Part shown: one piece after another, positions 54,370-64,000 of the stretch
How the letters are laid out: every line of letters begins with the position of its first letter
Position numbering within the stretch: the stretch's first letter is position 1
Notes under the pieces: model-generated
Database searches by the model: none
Seen by the model: the letters and a program-made list of their open reading frames with translations, nothing else
What the model was told of the DNA's origin: nothing
From: Treponemataceae bacterium
Lineage (GTDB): Bacteria > Spirochaetota > Spirochaetia > Treponematales > Rectinemataceae
Reading direction: 5' to 3'
DNA length: 64,000 nucleotides
Assembly: GCA_963667725.2 (NCBI GenBank)
Contig: CAXXHO010000003.1
Span: 64,001-128,000 of the forward strand
Program-made: the position numbers and the translations under genes

Positions 54370-55884
54370 TCACATGAACTGTGTTGCAAGCCGCATGATG
54401 GTTTCCTGATCGGCTGTCTTTCCGTCGAGGATGCCGGTGAGCCGGCCATCGCACATGACCATGATCCTGTCCGACATGCCTATCAGCTCGGGCATTTCGG
54501 ATGAAATCATGATGATGCTTTTCCCTTTTGCGGCGAGGTCGGCGATGATGGTATAGATTTCGTACTTTGCGCCCACGTCTATGCCCCGGGTGGGTTCGTC
54601 CAGTATGAGGATCTCGGGTTCGGTGAGAAGCCAGCGGGCGAAGAGCACTTTCTGCTGATTGCCGCCCGAAAGATCTTTGATCCGCGTCTTCGATGAGGGG
54701 GTCTTCACCCTGAGCTGGTCGATGCTCTTGTCGACATCGATGGAGCAGCGCTTTTCGTCGATCAGTCCGCTTCTGCGGATATAGCGCGGCAGGCTGGCGA
54801 GGATCGTGTTCTCGAGGACGGAGAGCATGGGCACGATGCCCGTGGCGCGCCGTTCTTCGGTGAGGAGGGCCATGCGTTTTGTGATGGCGCTTTCGGGAGA
54901 GCTGATGACGACGGCCTTGCCGTTCAGTTCGATGCTGCCCGATTCGATTGGTCTCAGACCAAAGATGGATTCGACGAGTTCCGTGCGCTTGGCGCCGACG
55001 AGGCCGCCGATGCCGAGGATTTCACCGCGGTGTAGATCGAAGGACACATCGCGAAAGGATTTGGTCTCGGCCGATGTGAGGTCGCTCACCTTGAGGATGA
55101 CGTCACCCGGCGTATTGGAGCGTGGCGGGAATCGGTGGGTCAGGTCTCTACCGACCATCTTCGAGATGATCGTCGCCATCGTCAGATCCTTCGCCGCGTA
55201 GGTGCCAACCTGCCTGCCGTCGCGCATGATTGTAACTTCGTCCGAAATCTGAAGGATTTCTTCCATTTTATGGGAGATGTAGATGATCGCCACGCCCTTC
55301 TTCTTCAGCTCGTTGATGATCCTGAAAAGCTGCTCGACCTCGTTGGAGGTGAGCGAGGAGGTGGGCTCGTCCATGATGATAACGCGCGAATTGTTGGAGA
55401 CAGCCTTGGCTATTTCGAGGGACTGGATCTTGGATACCGAAAGGTTGCGAACCCAGATTTTCGGGTCAATGTCCATCCCCAGCTGGGCGAAGAGTGTTTT
55501 TGTCTCCTCAAGCATCTTTTTATTGTCGACAAACTTGAAAGGTCCATAGCGCTTGACGGGAATCCTACCCAGCCAGAGGTTTTCCATCACTGGTCTGAAG
55601 GGAACAGGAAGTAATTCCTGGTGTATCATCGAGATACCCGCGTCGAGGGCTTGTCGCGACGTGGCGAACTTCACCGGCTTTCCGTCGAATTGGACCTCCC
55701 CCTCATCGGGGACATAGATGCCGAAGAGGCATTTCATGAGGGTGGATTTCCCGGCGCCATTCTCGCCCATCAAGGCATGTACGCTTCCAGGTCGGACCTT
55801 GATGCTGACGTCGTCGAGGGCTTTTACCCCGGGGAAACTTTTCGAGATGTGGTTCATCTCCAGGACGTACTCAACGTCGCTCAT
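54370..55884 (-). CDS. mglA: galactoside ABC transporter ATPase (two fused domains)
   Basis: GENGAGKSTLMKCLFG, DEPTSSL, LSGGNQQKV, DEPTRGIDVGAK. Confidence 0.85.
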   Translation of the reverse strand: MSDVEYVLEMNHISKSFPGVKALDDVSIKVRPGSVHALMGENGAGKSTLMKCLFGIYVPDEGEVQFDGKPVKFATSRQALDAGISMIHQELLPVPFRPVMENLWLGRIPVKRYGPFKFVDNKKMLEETKTLFAQLGMDIDPKIWVRNLSVSKIQSLEIAKAVSNNSRVIIMDEPTSSLTSNEVEQLFRIINELKKKGVAIIYISHKMEEILQISDEVTIMRDGRQVGTYAAKDLTMATIISKMVGRDLTHRFPPRSNTPGDVILKVSDLTSAETKSFRDVSFDLHRGEILGIGGLVGAKRTELVESIFGLRPIESGSIELNGKAVVISSPESAITKRMALLTEERRATGIVPMLSVLENTILASLPRYIRRSGLIDEKRCSIDVDKSIDQLRVKTPSSKTRIKDLSGGNQQKVLFARWLLTEPEILILDEPTRGIDVGAKYEIYTIIADLAAKGKSIIMISSEMPELIGMSDRIMVMCDGRLTGILDGKTADQETIMRLATQFM

Positions 55885-55910
55885 GAGATGCCTCCCTTCT
55901 GGCGCAGAAT

Positions 55911-55959
55911 AAAAAAAGAGGGTGCATGTAGTATACATACACCCTTTTTGCCTTCAAAG
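55911..55959 (-). terminator. intra-operon terminator-like hairpin after mglB
   Basis: Minus strand AGGGTGTATGTA-TAC-TACATGCACCCT followed by C and T7. Confidence 0.65.
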
Positions 55960-55978
55960 AAAGCGATACCTGCAGTGC

Positions 55979-56974
55979 TTATTTGAACTGGGTGTAATTT
56001 TCCTTGGTCACCATCTGGTAGGGAACCCAGACATACTTGCCGTCGGTGATTTCCCAGCCGGTCTTGGTGACATCTTCGCCCTTGGCGACGGCGAAGGCGA
56101 GGTCGAAGGTGGCCTTGCCCTGGTTCTTCGCGTCGTTGAGGACGGTGCCCAGGAGGGTGCCTTCCTCGACAGCCTGGAGAGCGGGAGCGGTGGCGTCGAC
56201 GCCGACCACGACGATCTGCTTGGTGCCGGCGAAATAGCCTTCGGACTTGAGGGCTTCGATGGCGCCAAGAGCCATGTCGTCATTGTTGCAGAGCACGACT
56301 TCGATCTTGTCGCCGTTCGCGGCGTAGAAGGCCTTCATCTTCTCGAAAGCCTTGGGGCGGTCCCACATGGCGGTGTCTTCGGCGAGTTTGTCTACGCCGA
56401 TACCAGCGTCGGTGATGGCCTGGATGGAGAACTGGGTGCGGAGTTCCGCGTCCTGGTGTCCCGGCTCGCCCTTGAGCATGATGTACTGGATCTTGCCGTC
56501 CTTGTTCTTGTCGGCAGCGGGGTTGGCCTTCCAGTAGTCGACGACGATCTGGCCCTGCATGGTGCCGGACTGCTCGGCCTTGGCGCCGACATAGTAGACC
56601 TTATCCCAGGACTTCATGTCGTCGGCGAGGGGCTCGCGGTTGAAAAAGACGACAGGGGTCTTCTTGGCCTTGGCCTTCTCGATGATGGCGGCGGCGGCCG
56701 TGCGGTCAACCGGGTTGATGGCGATCGCTTTCATTTTCTTGGAGAGGAACGCGTCTACCTGGTCGTTCTGGGTGGGCTGGGCGTTCTGGCTGTCCACGAC
56801 TTCGACTTCCGCTTTGTCCGTGGCGTTCTCGGTGATGGCGTTGCGGACATAGGACATGAATGTGTCATCGAACTTGTAGATCGCGACACCAATCTTGGGT
56901 TTTCCACTTGCAGAGCCGCCGCAGCTGGCGAGTAAGACTGCAAGTACGGCAAAGGCGACGAGAAGTTTTTTCAT
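55979..56974 (-). CDS. mglB: galactose/glucose-binding lipoprotein
   Basis: LLASC lipobox; IYKFDDTFM, PVVFFNREP, Ca loop DKNKDGKIQY, GEPGHQDAELRT, NNDDMALGA. Confidence 0.9.
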   Translation of the reverse strand: MKKLLVAFAVLAVLLASCGGSASGKPKIGVAIYKFDDTFMSYVRNAITENATDKAEVEVVDSQNAQPTQNDQVDAFLSKKMKAIAINPVDRTAAAAIIEKAKAKKTPVVFFNREPLADDMKSWDKVYYVGAKAEQSGTMQGQIVVDYWKANPAADKNKDGKIQYIMLKGEPGHQDAELRTQFSIQAITDAGIGVDKLAEDTAMWDRPKAFEKMKAFYAANGDKIEVVLCNNDDMALGAIEALKSEGYFAGTKQIVVVGVDATAPALQAVEEGTLLGTVLNDAKNQGKATFDLAFAVAKGEDVTKTGWEITDGKYVWVPYQMVTKENYTQFK

Positions 56975-57103
56975 CTTCTTCCTCCTGTGAACTTTGTGCA
57001 TTTACAAATGCACGCCCAAAAGTTTATCGGTTAACCACTCATATGTCCATATCCCATCCCTGTCAAACTGACCGGAAAGTTGATTCTCCATGGCGGAATA
57101 AAA

Positions 57104-57132
57104 TTGACAGCGCCCTGAACTCGCTCTACTAT
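57104..57132 (+). promoter_or_regulatory. sigma70-type promoter of the liv operon
   Basis: TTGACA-N17-TACTAT. Confidence 0.7.
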
Positions 57133-57185
57133 CTGAGACGTCCACTCAACATTTGAGAGGGACGAGAGAAATCAGGAGGATTGTA

Positions 57186-58331
57186 ATGAAGCGAATCGGT
57201 ATTGCTGCACTTGCAATCGCGGTACTTGCCCTGCTTTTCGCCTGCGGCCCCGCGGCCCCGAAAACAGTCAAGTTCGGCGTGTTCGAGCCTCTGACCGGCG
57301 CCAATGCCGGCGGCGGCGCGCTGGAAGTCGAAGGCGTCAAGCTAGCCAACGAACTGTATCCCACGGTTAAAGTGGGCGACAAGGAATACAAGATCGAGCT
57401 TGTGATCTCCGACAACAAATCGGACAAGGTCGAAGCCGCCAACGCGGCCCAGCGCCTCGTCGACAAAGATAAGGTCCATGTGGTTCTCGGATCCTGGGGA
57501 TCCTCGCTGTCCATGGCTGCCGGTCCCATCGTGAAACAGGCCAAGACCCCGGCGATCGGACTCTCCTGCACGAACCCCCTTGTCACCAAGGGCAATGAAT
57601 ACTACTTCCGCGTCTGCTTCCTCGATCCCTTCCAGGGCACCGTCATGGCCAACTACGCTTTCAAGGAAGCTAAAGCCAGAAAAGCCGTCATCATTCGCGA
57701 AGTGTCGAACGACTACTCCGTCGGCCTCGCGAAATTCTTCGCCGACGCCTTCGAGCTGCTCACCGGCGACACTTCGTCCATTCTCGCCGAGCTCAACTAC
57801 AACACCGGCGACACGGATTTCTCCGCCGCCCTCACCGAGATCAAGAAATTCAAACCCGACGTCATTTTCGCCCCCGGCAACTTCACCGAGAGCGCCCTCA
57901 TCGTGAAACAGGCCCGTGAGCTGGGTATCACCACTCCCTTCCTCGGCGGCGACACTTGGGAAACCCCCGAGTTCCTCGACGTGGGCAAGGCCGCTGTCGA
58001 AGGCGTCGTCTTCTCGACCTTCTTCGCCACCGAAGTTCCCATCACCGAGACGTCCAAGGTATTCCTCGACGAATATCGCAAGAAGTACAGCAAGGAACCC
58101 GCCGCGGTCACCGCTCTCGGATTCGACGGTTACCTCGTCGCTCGCGCCGCCATCGAAAAAGCCGGCAGTCTCGACAAGACGAAGATCCGCGATGCCATCG
58201 CCGTGACCAAGGATTTCCCCGGCGCGGCCGGCCTGATCACCCTCGACGCCGAAGGCGACGCCGTGAAGAGCGCCGTCATCAAGACGGTCAAAGACGGTAA
58301 GTTCTCATATCTGACGACTGTACAGCCCTAA
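57186..58331 (+). CDS. livK: branched-chain amino acid ABC substrate-binding lipoprotein
   Basis: LFAC lipobox, EPLTGANA, YFRVCFLDPFQG, NDYSVGL, TDFSAALT. Confidence 0.85.
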   Translation: MKRIGIAALAIAVLALLFACGPAAPKTVKFGVFEPLTGANAGGGALEVEGVKLANELYPTVKVGDKEYKIELVISDNKSDKVEAANAAQRLVDKDKVHVVLGSWGSSLSMAAGPIVKQAKTPAIGLSCTNPLVTKGNEYYFRVCFLDPFQGTVMANYAFKEAKARKAVIIREVSNDYSVGLAKFFADAFELLTGDTSSILAELNYNTGDTDFSAALTEIKKFKPDVIFAPGNFTESALIVKQARELGITTPFLGGDTWETPEFLDVGKAAVEGVVFSTFFATEVPITETSKVFLDEYRKKYSKEPAAVTALGFDGYLVARAAIEKAGSLDKTKIRDAIAVTKDFPGAAGLITLDAEGDAVKSAVIKTVKDGKFSYLTTVQP

Positions 58332-58491
58332 GACTGTTTTTCCGGGATCGGCGGATGGGGCGTGGCCTCGTCCGCTGGTCTAGCTTCATACTTCGACAAA
58401 AGCCAGATTGAAACGCGCTCGGCGAAAGCCGGCAGGAAATGTACGGCGCCCGCCGGATATTCCTTCCGCGTTCAACCGGAATCGAGGACGA

Positions 58492-59385
58492 ATGACCCTC
58501 GCACTATTTCTGCAGCACATCGCCAATGCCCTGTCGCTTGGCAGCCTTTACGCCCTCATCGCCATCGGCTACACGATGGTGTATGGAATTCTGCGTCTCA
58601 TCAATTTCGCCCATGGCGACGTATTCATGCTGGGAGCCTACATAGCCTTTTACGGGACGGCGCTGCTTCACCTTCCCTGGTGGGCTTCCCTCGTTCTGGC
58701 AATTCTCTGCACCTCCCTCTTCGGGATTGGCCTGGAAAAAATCGCCTACAGGCCCCTGCGGGATTCACCGAAAATCTCCATCATGATCAGCGCCATCGGC
58801 GCCTCCTACCTCATCGAAAATCTCGCCGTCCTCCTCTTCGGAGGAAGGCCCAAGGGCGTTGAAGTGCCCGATATCCTGGGAAAGGTCATCTCCTTCGGAT
58901 CGGTGTCCATCGTGACGGTGAGCCTCGTCATCCCCGTGTTCACCTTCGCCCTTCTCGCCATCCTTCTCTGGATCGTCAACAGGACGAAGACGGGCATGGC
59001 CATGCGGGCCGTATCCACCGATGTCGAGGCGGCGCGCCTCATGGCCATCGACGTCAACGGGATCGTTTCCATAACCTTCGGGATTGGTTCTCTCCTCGCA
59101 GCCTTCGGGGGCATCCTCTGGTCCTTCAAGTATCCCCAGCTCAACCCGCTCATGGGCGTGCTGCCGGGCTTGAAATGTTTCATCGCCGCCGTCATCGGCG
59201 GGATAGGAAGCATCAGCGGGGCGGTGCTGGGGGGATTCCTCCTCGGCCTCATCGAGATTATGACGGTCGCTCTCCTGCCCACCCTGTCGGGCTACCGCGA
59301 CGCCTTCGCTTTCGTCCTCCTCATCGTGGTGCTGATCGTGAAGCCCACGGGCTTGCTGGGGAAACGGCAGGCGGAGAAGGTGTAA
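58492..59385 (+). CDS. livH: branched-chain amino acid ABC permease
   Basis: GSLYALIAIGYTMVYGILRLINFAHG, GMAMRA, AAVIGGIGS. Confidence 0.9.
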   Translation: MTLALFLQHIANALSLGSLYALIAIGYTMVYGILRLINFAHGDVFMLGAYIAFYGTALLHLPWWASLVLAILCTSLFGIGLEKIAYRPLRDSPKISIMISAIGASYLIENLAVLLFGGRPKGVEVPDILGKVISFGSVSIVTVSLVIPVFTFALLAILLWIVNRTKTGMAMRAVSTDVEAARLMAIDVNGIVSITFGIGSLLAAFGGILWSFKYPQLNPLMGVLPGLKCFIAAVIGGIGSISGAVLGGFLLGLIEIMTVALLPTLSGYRDAFAFVLLIVVLIVKPTGLLGKRQAEKV

Positions 59386-59388
59386 ATC

Positions 59389-60489
59389 ATGAAAATGACG
59401 AAAAACTACACGTTCAGCCTGATCGCCATTGCCGTTTTCGCCGTCTTCCTGGTAGTGGCCAATACGTTCTTCGACGCTTTTACCCTGAGAGTCATAAACC
59501 TCTGCGCGATCTACATCATCCTGGCGCTTTCGCTCAACCTTTTAAACGGCTTCACGGGGCTGTTCTCCCTCGGGCATTCGGGGTTCATGGCGGTGGGAGC
59601 CTATGTGTGCGCGCTGCTCACGATGTCGCCCGAACTCAAGGAAATGAACTTCTTTCTCGTGCCCATCATTCCCGTGCTCAAGAACCTGACGCTTCCCTTC
59701 ATTCCGGCGCTGATCTTCGGCGGATTGGCCGCGGCATTCGTGGGGTTCCTGATCGGCGCCCCCGTACTAAGGCTTAAGGACGACTACCTCGCCATCGCGA
59801 CCCTGGGTTTTTCCGAGATCATCAGGGTGCTCATCACGAACGCCCAGACGATCACCAACGGGGCTCAGGGGCTCAAGGGGCTGCCGCGCTACGCTTCGAC
59901 CTACGTCGTATGGATAACCGCCGCTCTTGTCACGCTCTTCATGGCCCTTCTCATGCGTTCGAGCTACGGCCGAGCGATGAAGGCGGTGCGCGACGACGAG
60001 CTGGCAGCCGAGACGATGGGCGTCAACGTGTTCAGGGTGAAGGTGACATCCTTCACGGTTTCGAGCTTTATCGCCGGCGTGGGAGGAGCCCTCCTTGGCC
60101 ACATGATCACAACCATCGACCCCAAGATGTTCACCTTCCTCCTCACCTTCAACATCCTTCTTATCGTGGTTCTGGGCGGCACCGGTTCCATTTCCGGATC
60201 GGTCATCGCTGCCATCGTCGTCACCATCCTTATGGAAGCCCTCCGCTTCCTCGACGAACCGATGAATCTGCTGCTATTCAAGACCCAGGGCCTGCCGGGC
60301 CTGCGCATGGTCGTCTTTTCGGCGATGCTGATGCTCGTCGTCATATTCCGCCAAAGCGGGCTCATGGGAAACAAGGAATTTTCCTGGGGCATGCTCAAAA
60401 ACGCGGGCGCGGTTTTCTCCCATTTGGGAAAGAACAAGGGTTCGCCCGGAGGAGGCCGACGCGGCTCCAGAGGAGGCCGCGATGCCTGA
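59389..60489 (+). CDS. livM: branched-chain amino acid ABC permease
   Basis: GLFSLGHSGFMAVGAY, LRLKDDYLAIATLGF, VRDDELAA. Confidence 0.9.
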   Translation: MKMTKNYTFSLIAIAVFAVFLVVANTFFDAFTLRVINLCAIYIILALSLNLLNGFTGLFSLGHSGFMAVGAYVCALLTMSPELKEMNFFLVPIIPVLKNLTLPFIPALIFGGLAAAFVGFLIGAPVLRLKDDYLAIATLGFSEIIRVLITNAQTITNGAQGLKGLPRYASTYVVWITAALVTLFMALLMRSSYGRAMKAVRDDELAAETMGVNVFRVKVTSFTVSSFIAGVGGALLGHMITTIDPKMFTFLLTFNILLIVVLGGTGSISGSVIAAIVVTILMEALRFLDEPMNLLLFKTQGLPGLRMVVFSAMLMLVVIFRQSGLMGNKEFSWGMLKNAGAVFSHLGKNKGSPGGGRRGSRGGRDA

Positions 60490-61249
60490 AACCATGCTCT
60501 CCACCGACAAGGTGGTGATGAAATTCGGCGGCCTCACCGCCGTGTCCGATTTCAACATCCAGATCGACAAGAACGAGATCGTCGGGCTCATCGGGCCTAA
60601 CGGCGCCGGCAAAACGACGGCCTTCAATGTCATAACAGGAATGTACACGCCGACGGAGGGCAAGGTCCTCTATAAGTCGCGGAACATCACCGGCTACAAG
60701 CCGCATTCGATCACGGAACTCGGCATAGCGCGAACCTTCCAGAACATTAGGCTTTTCAAGGAAATGAGCGTGCTCGAGAACGTCCTCGTAGGTTGCCATC
60801 TCGGCATCGGCACGGGGATTTTCGGCGCCACCCTCCATCTGCCGGCCTACCGGAAGAGGGAAGCGGAGGCGCGCGAGTTCGCCATGAACCTGCTGGCCCA
60901 GGTGGAACTCGACAAGGCGGCCGGCGAAAAGGCGACGAGTCTTCCCTATGGAAAACAGAGGCGGCTTGAAATCGTGCGCGCCCTCGCCACGAAGCCGACG
61001 ATGCTTCTGCTCGACGAACCCGCCGCGGGCATGAACCCGCAGGAATCCATGGAGCTCATGAGCCTGATTCGCAAGCTTCGCGACGAATTCGACCTGACCA
61101 TTTTCCTTATCGAGCACCATATGCAGGTGGTCATGGGCGTCTGCGACCGCATGTACGTGCTCGACTATGGCCTTACGATAGCCCAAGGCGATCCGGCTTC
61201 GATCCAGAAAAACCCGAAAGTCATCGAAGCTTATCTGGGGGTGGACTGA
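60482..61249 (+). CDS. livG: branched-chain amino acid ABC ATPase
   Basis: GPNGAGKTT, RTFQNIRLF, LPYGKQRRLEI, LDEPAAGMN. Confidence 0.9.
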   Translation: MPETMLSTDKVVMKFGGLTAVSDFNIQIDKNEIVGLIGPNGAGKTTAFNVITGMYTPTEGKVLYKSRNITGYKPHSITELGIARTFQNIRLFKEMSVLENVLVGCHLGIGTGIFGATLHLPAYRKREAEAREFAMNLLAQVELDKAAGEKATSLPYGKQRRLEIVRALATKPTMLLLDEPAAGMNPQESMELMSLIRKLRDEFDLTIFLIEHHMQVVMGVCDRMYVLDYGLTIAQGDPASIQKNPKVIEAYLGVD

Positions 61250-61959
61250 TGCTCGAGATTCGCAACCTTTCGGTGCACTACGGCGGCATCCACGCGCTCC
61301 AGGGAATAGACATCGACGTGCCGGAAGGAAAGATCGTGACGCTCATCGGAGCCAACGGCGCCGGCAAAAGCACGACGCTTCGGAGCATCGTCGGCCTCGT
61401 CAAATCCTCGGGGGGGAGCGTCGCGTGGAACGGAGAGACCCTGACCGGCCTGCCCACGAAGGATATCGTGTCCAAGGGCGTCGTCCTCGTGCCTGAAGGG
61501 CGGAGAATATTCCCCAATCTGACAGTGGAGGAAAACCTGAAGCTGGGCGCCTATGCCCGAAACGACAAGGCCGGCATCGCGGCCGACGAGGAAAGGATTT
61601 TCTCGCTTTTCCCGAGGCTCAAGGAGCGCATTCGCCAGAAGGGAGGCACCCTTTCGGGCGGCGAGCAGCAGATGCTCGCGGTGGCCAGGGCTCTCATGAC
61701 AAAGCCCAAGCTTCTCATGATGGACGAGCCTTCGCTTGGCCTGGCGCCGCTTTTCGTCAAGATGATTTTCGAGATCATACGGACGATCAACAAGGAAGGG
61801 ACCACCGTGCTGCTCATCGAGCAGAACGCCAAGGCCGCCCTCGAGATAGCCGACTATGGCTATGTCCTGGAGACGGGCAGGATCATCCTCCAGGGCAAGG
61901 GCAGGGAGCTGCTGGCGAACGACGGTGTGAGAAAGGCGTATCTGGGCGAGGGGCAATAG
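61249..61959 (+). CDS. livF: branched-chain amino acid ABC ATPase
   Basis: GANGAGKST, VPEGRRIF, LSGGEQQMLA, DEPSLGLAP. Confidence 0.9.
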   Translation: MLEIRNLSVHYGGIHALQGIDIDVPEGKIVTLIGANGAGKSTTLRSIVGLVKSSGGSVAWNGETLTGLPTKDIVSKGVVLVPEGRRIFPNLTVEENLKLGAYARNDKAGIAADEERIFSLFPRLKERIRQKGGTLSGGEQQMLAVARALMTKPKLLMMDEPSLGLAPLFVKMIFEIIRTINKEGTTVLLIEQNAKAALEIADYGYVLETGRIILQGKGRELLANDGVRKAYLGEGQ

Positions 61960-61996
61960 GGAGACTAAGGCAATAGAGCGGCCGGCAATGGGCGGC

Positions 61997-63511
61997 TCAG
62001 CCGTGTTCCAGGTGATAGAACCATAACAGTCTCGTCACGTTCCTCAAAAAGCCGGCGATCATCGCGATGACGAAGAAGGCCGTTCCTCCTGGTTCCATGG
62101 TCATGAGGTCATGGTATTCGATCGGTCTTCCGATGAAGAGGCTGACGAGGAAGGGAGCGGCAAAGAGCAGCGCCGCCCTTACTATCGTCCCGAACAGCGT
62201 GCGCGACATTATGAAATTCTGGTATAGGTTGCCGCGCCCCGTCTCCCTGCGGTCCCTCAGGGTCTTGGTCCACGAAAGAGCCGTGGCCGTCTGGAGAAGG
62301 AGGCTCATCACATAGACCATGAGCGATATGCCGGCTATGAACATCAACCTGCTCAAGGGGAAGAGTCTCGGGCTGGAACCGGTGAAAAGCAGTTTTTCAG
62401 CCGCCGAAGTCAGGAGGGGCAGCACCACGTTCGACTGAAGCACGCCGCCCTGCGCCGAAAGAATGGCGATGCCGGCATTCCTCTCCGGCCAGATGACCAC
62501 TCTCGAGGAAAAACCCTCCACCGATCCGCCCTGGAATACGAGACGGTTGCCTTCCTCGGCCACGATGCGCCAGCCGAACCCCGTGTCGCCGCCGGGAATA
62601 AGGGGTTGATAGAGACCGGCCACCGCTGAGGAGGGAAGGCTCGCGATGCCCTTCTTGGGAGGCGCGGTGATGTATGAAAGGAACCTGGCGATGTCTTCGG
62701 CCGTTGTCACGATGCCGTCGGCCGGAGCCGCTATGTAGGGAACGCGGGAATCATAGGGAAAGGAGAGGCCGAAAAAGAGGCCGGAACCGATGGCTACATC
62801 CCGGAGGGAATCCGGCCTGGACGTGGTGCCGTGCATCCCCAAGGGAATGAGGATGCGCGTCTGCAGCAGCTCGTCGAAACTCGTTTTTTCGGCGTTTTCC
62901 ATGGCCGTGCCCAATATCCTGTAGGTCAGCCTGCTGCGGGCGAGCGCTCCCGGCTTGAGCCTGGTTCTCAGGAATTTTTCCGGATCGAGCACGCCGGCTT
63001 CCAGACCGGAAATCTTCGATCCGAAATCCTTGAGATCCTGATCGCTGAGGCTTACGGAATGGGAGGCGAGCTGGCGCACGGTGACGAGCTTTTTCTGCTC
63101 CGGGGCAAGTCCGCTGTCCAATGCCGGCGCCGTCTTGATGTTTCTCAGCCCATAGATGGGGATCTCGGGGAGGTAGATGCCGATGTCATCGTCGAGCGAT
63201 ATGCGTTTCTGGAGCGTGAGCGAATAGAGGAGGGCGCCCGAGAGGATTTCAGAACTCGGGCCCAGATACATAGGCGTATCCTTGGCCAATGCATGTCCCA
63301 ATCCGTCATGGCCGAATGATTCCTGGTAGAAAATGGATCCGTTCCTGCAAATGGCTACCGAATAGCCCGCGTTGGCCTGCCTAGAACGCTCGTGCCTGAA
63401 CATCGTGGAAAAATCGTCGTATTTTTCCGGACCGAGGTCGGGCAGATAGACAATGACCGCCATGGAAGCGGCGATGATTATCCAGGGAATAAGTTTTCTT
63501 AGCCAACGCAT
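61997..63511 (-). CDS. membrane-anchored beta-lactamase/serine-hydrolase-fold protein, catalytic motifs degenerate
   Basis: Scaffold motifs SLDDDIGIYLPE, TVRQLASH, ILIPLGM and TTAEDIARF are present; SxxK, YxN and HxG are replaced; three C-terminal TM helices. Confidence 0.8.
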   Translation of the reverse strand: MRWLRKLIPWIIIAASMAVIVYLPDLGPEKYDDFSTMFRHERSRQANAGYSVAICRNGSIFYQESFGHDGLGHALAKDTPMYLGPSSEILSGALLYSLTLQKRISLDDDIGIYLPEIPIYGLRNIKTAPALDSGLAPEQKKLVTVRQLASHSVSLSDQDLKDFGSKISGLEAGVLDPEKFLRTRLKPGALARSRLTYRILGTAMENAEKTSFDELLQTRILIPLGMHGTTSRPDSLRDVAIGSGLFFGLSFPYDSRVPYIAAPADGIVTTAEDIARFLSYITAPPKKGIASLPSSAVAGLYQPLIPGGDTGFGWRIVAEEGNRLVFQGGSVEGFSSRVVIWPERNAGIAILSAQGGVLQSNVVLPLLTSAAEKLLFTGSSPRLFPLSRLMFIAGISLMVYVMSLLLQTATALSWTKTLRDRRETGRGNLYQNFIMSRTLFGTIVRAALLFAAPFLVSLFIGRPIEYHDLMTMEPGGTAFFVIAMIAGFLRNVTRLLWFYHLEHG

Positions 63512-63564
63512 TGGGCAAAGTATAGCAGGCTATGGTCTTCTATGCCAGCTTGGGCTGCCGGGCG

Positions 63565-63602
63565 AAAGAAAAACCGCGCCATGTCGACGGCGCGGTTCTT
63601 TC
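63565..63602 (-). terminator. intrinsic terminator after glutamine synthetase III
   Basis: Minus strand AACCGCGCC..GGCGCGGTT-TTTCTTT. Confidence 0.7.
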
Positions 63603-63627
63603 CTTTGTGGAAGGGTTCGGGGAAGCG

Positions 63628-64000
63628 TCAGAGCGAGTAGAGGAGATCCTCGTAGCTCGGGATGGGCCAGTCGAATTTGGGCATAAGCCTTTCAAGTTCG
63701 TCGCAGACGTTGCGCAGGGAATCCATCCTCGGCACCACCGCGTCGCGATAGGACTGCGCGCTCGCCAGCGGATCCTCGATCCGCTGCGCGTCGCTTAGGG
63801 CGATCTCCAGCCTGTCCGATTCGTCTATGAGATGACCTGTGAGCGAGGCGATGCGGCGGGCCCGCTGCTCCTGAGCCACGCAGGGCGCCCCGACGGCAGC
63901 CAGGCCCGCCGCCTCGCGGGCAAAGGTTTCGGCGCTTTTGGACGCGGCGGGGAAGATGTAGCGTCGCGACATATCCATGGCCACGCCAGCCTCGATATTC
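63628..64000 (-). CDS. glutamine synthetase type III, C-terminal fragment
   Basis: YRDAVVPRMDSLRNVCDELERLMPKFDWPIPSYEDLLY resembles the GSIII C-terminus; the frame is open to the window edge. Confidence 0.8.
   Translation of the reverse strand, partial: NIEAGVAMDMSRRYIFPAASKSAETFAREAAGLAAVGAPCVAQEQRARRIASLTGHLIDESDRLEIALSDAQRIEDPLASAQSYRDAVVPRMDSLRNVCDELERLMPKFDWPIPSYEDLLYSL

Noticed and set aside
55922..56935. 337 aa plus-strand ORF (likewise 19856-20740, 28038-28868, 51137-51973)
   Set aside because: Antisense frames of well-supported genes, expected with high third-position GC.
57133..57185. Leu/Ile/Val leader peptide before livK
   Set aside because: No separate uORF or terminator between the promoter and the start.
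1..64000. CRISPR array, rRNA, integrase or transposase
   Set aside because: No repeat-spacer periodicity, rRNA-like stretch or recombinase/transposase motifs were seen.

Overview
GC-rich bacterial chromosome segment, probably from an anaerobic spirochaete (inferred from gene content, not proven). Left to right it holds: malQ and a sugar ABC operon with a LacI-type operator; an 8.3 kb chaperone-usher fimbrial cluster (tip adhesin, usher, five pilin-like genes, two chaperones sharing an apparently identical 681 bp block); tRNA-Val; a 1054 aa OmpA-domain lipoprotein; tRNA-Phe; galE, an M20 peptidase, an MltD-like enzyme, TPR proteins and a TIGR02757 gene; tRNA-Pro followed by a defence islet (Fic, type I RM with RhuM- and YhcG-like genes between hsdS and hsdR); a ZIP transporter, a DUF1576 pair and exonuclease I; an SH3/M48/CHASE2-cyclase module; bioY-ECF; a B12 radical SAM gene; an archaeal-type asparagine synthetase; DUF438, CDF and an FAD oxidoreductase; mglBAC; livKHMGF; a beta-lactamase-fold protein lacking its catalytic motifs; and the end of glutamine synthetase III. 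The strongest unannotated signal is at 48005-48180: a promoter, a 28-codon Asn-rich leader peptide (8 Asn in the first 17 codons) and mutually exclusive 1:2/2:3/3:4 hairpins. Together these look like a ribosome-mediated asparagine attenuator in front of the asparagine synthetase. No CRISPR array, rRNA, integrase or transposase was seen. All family calls come from motif recognition by eye, with no database searches.
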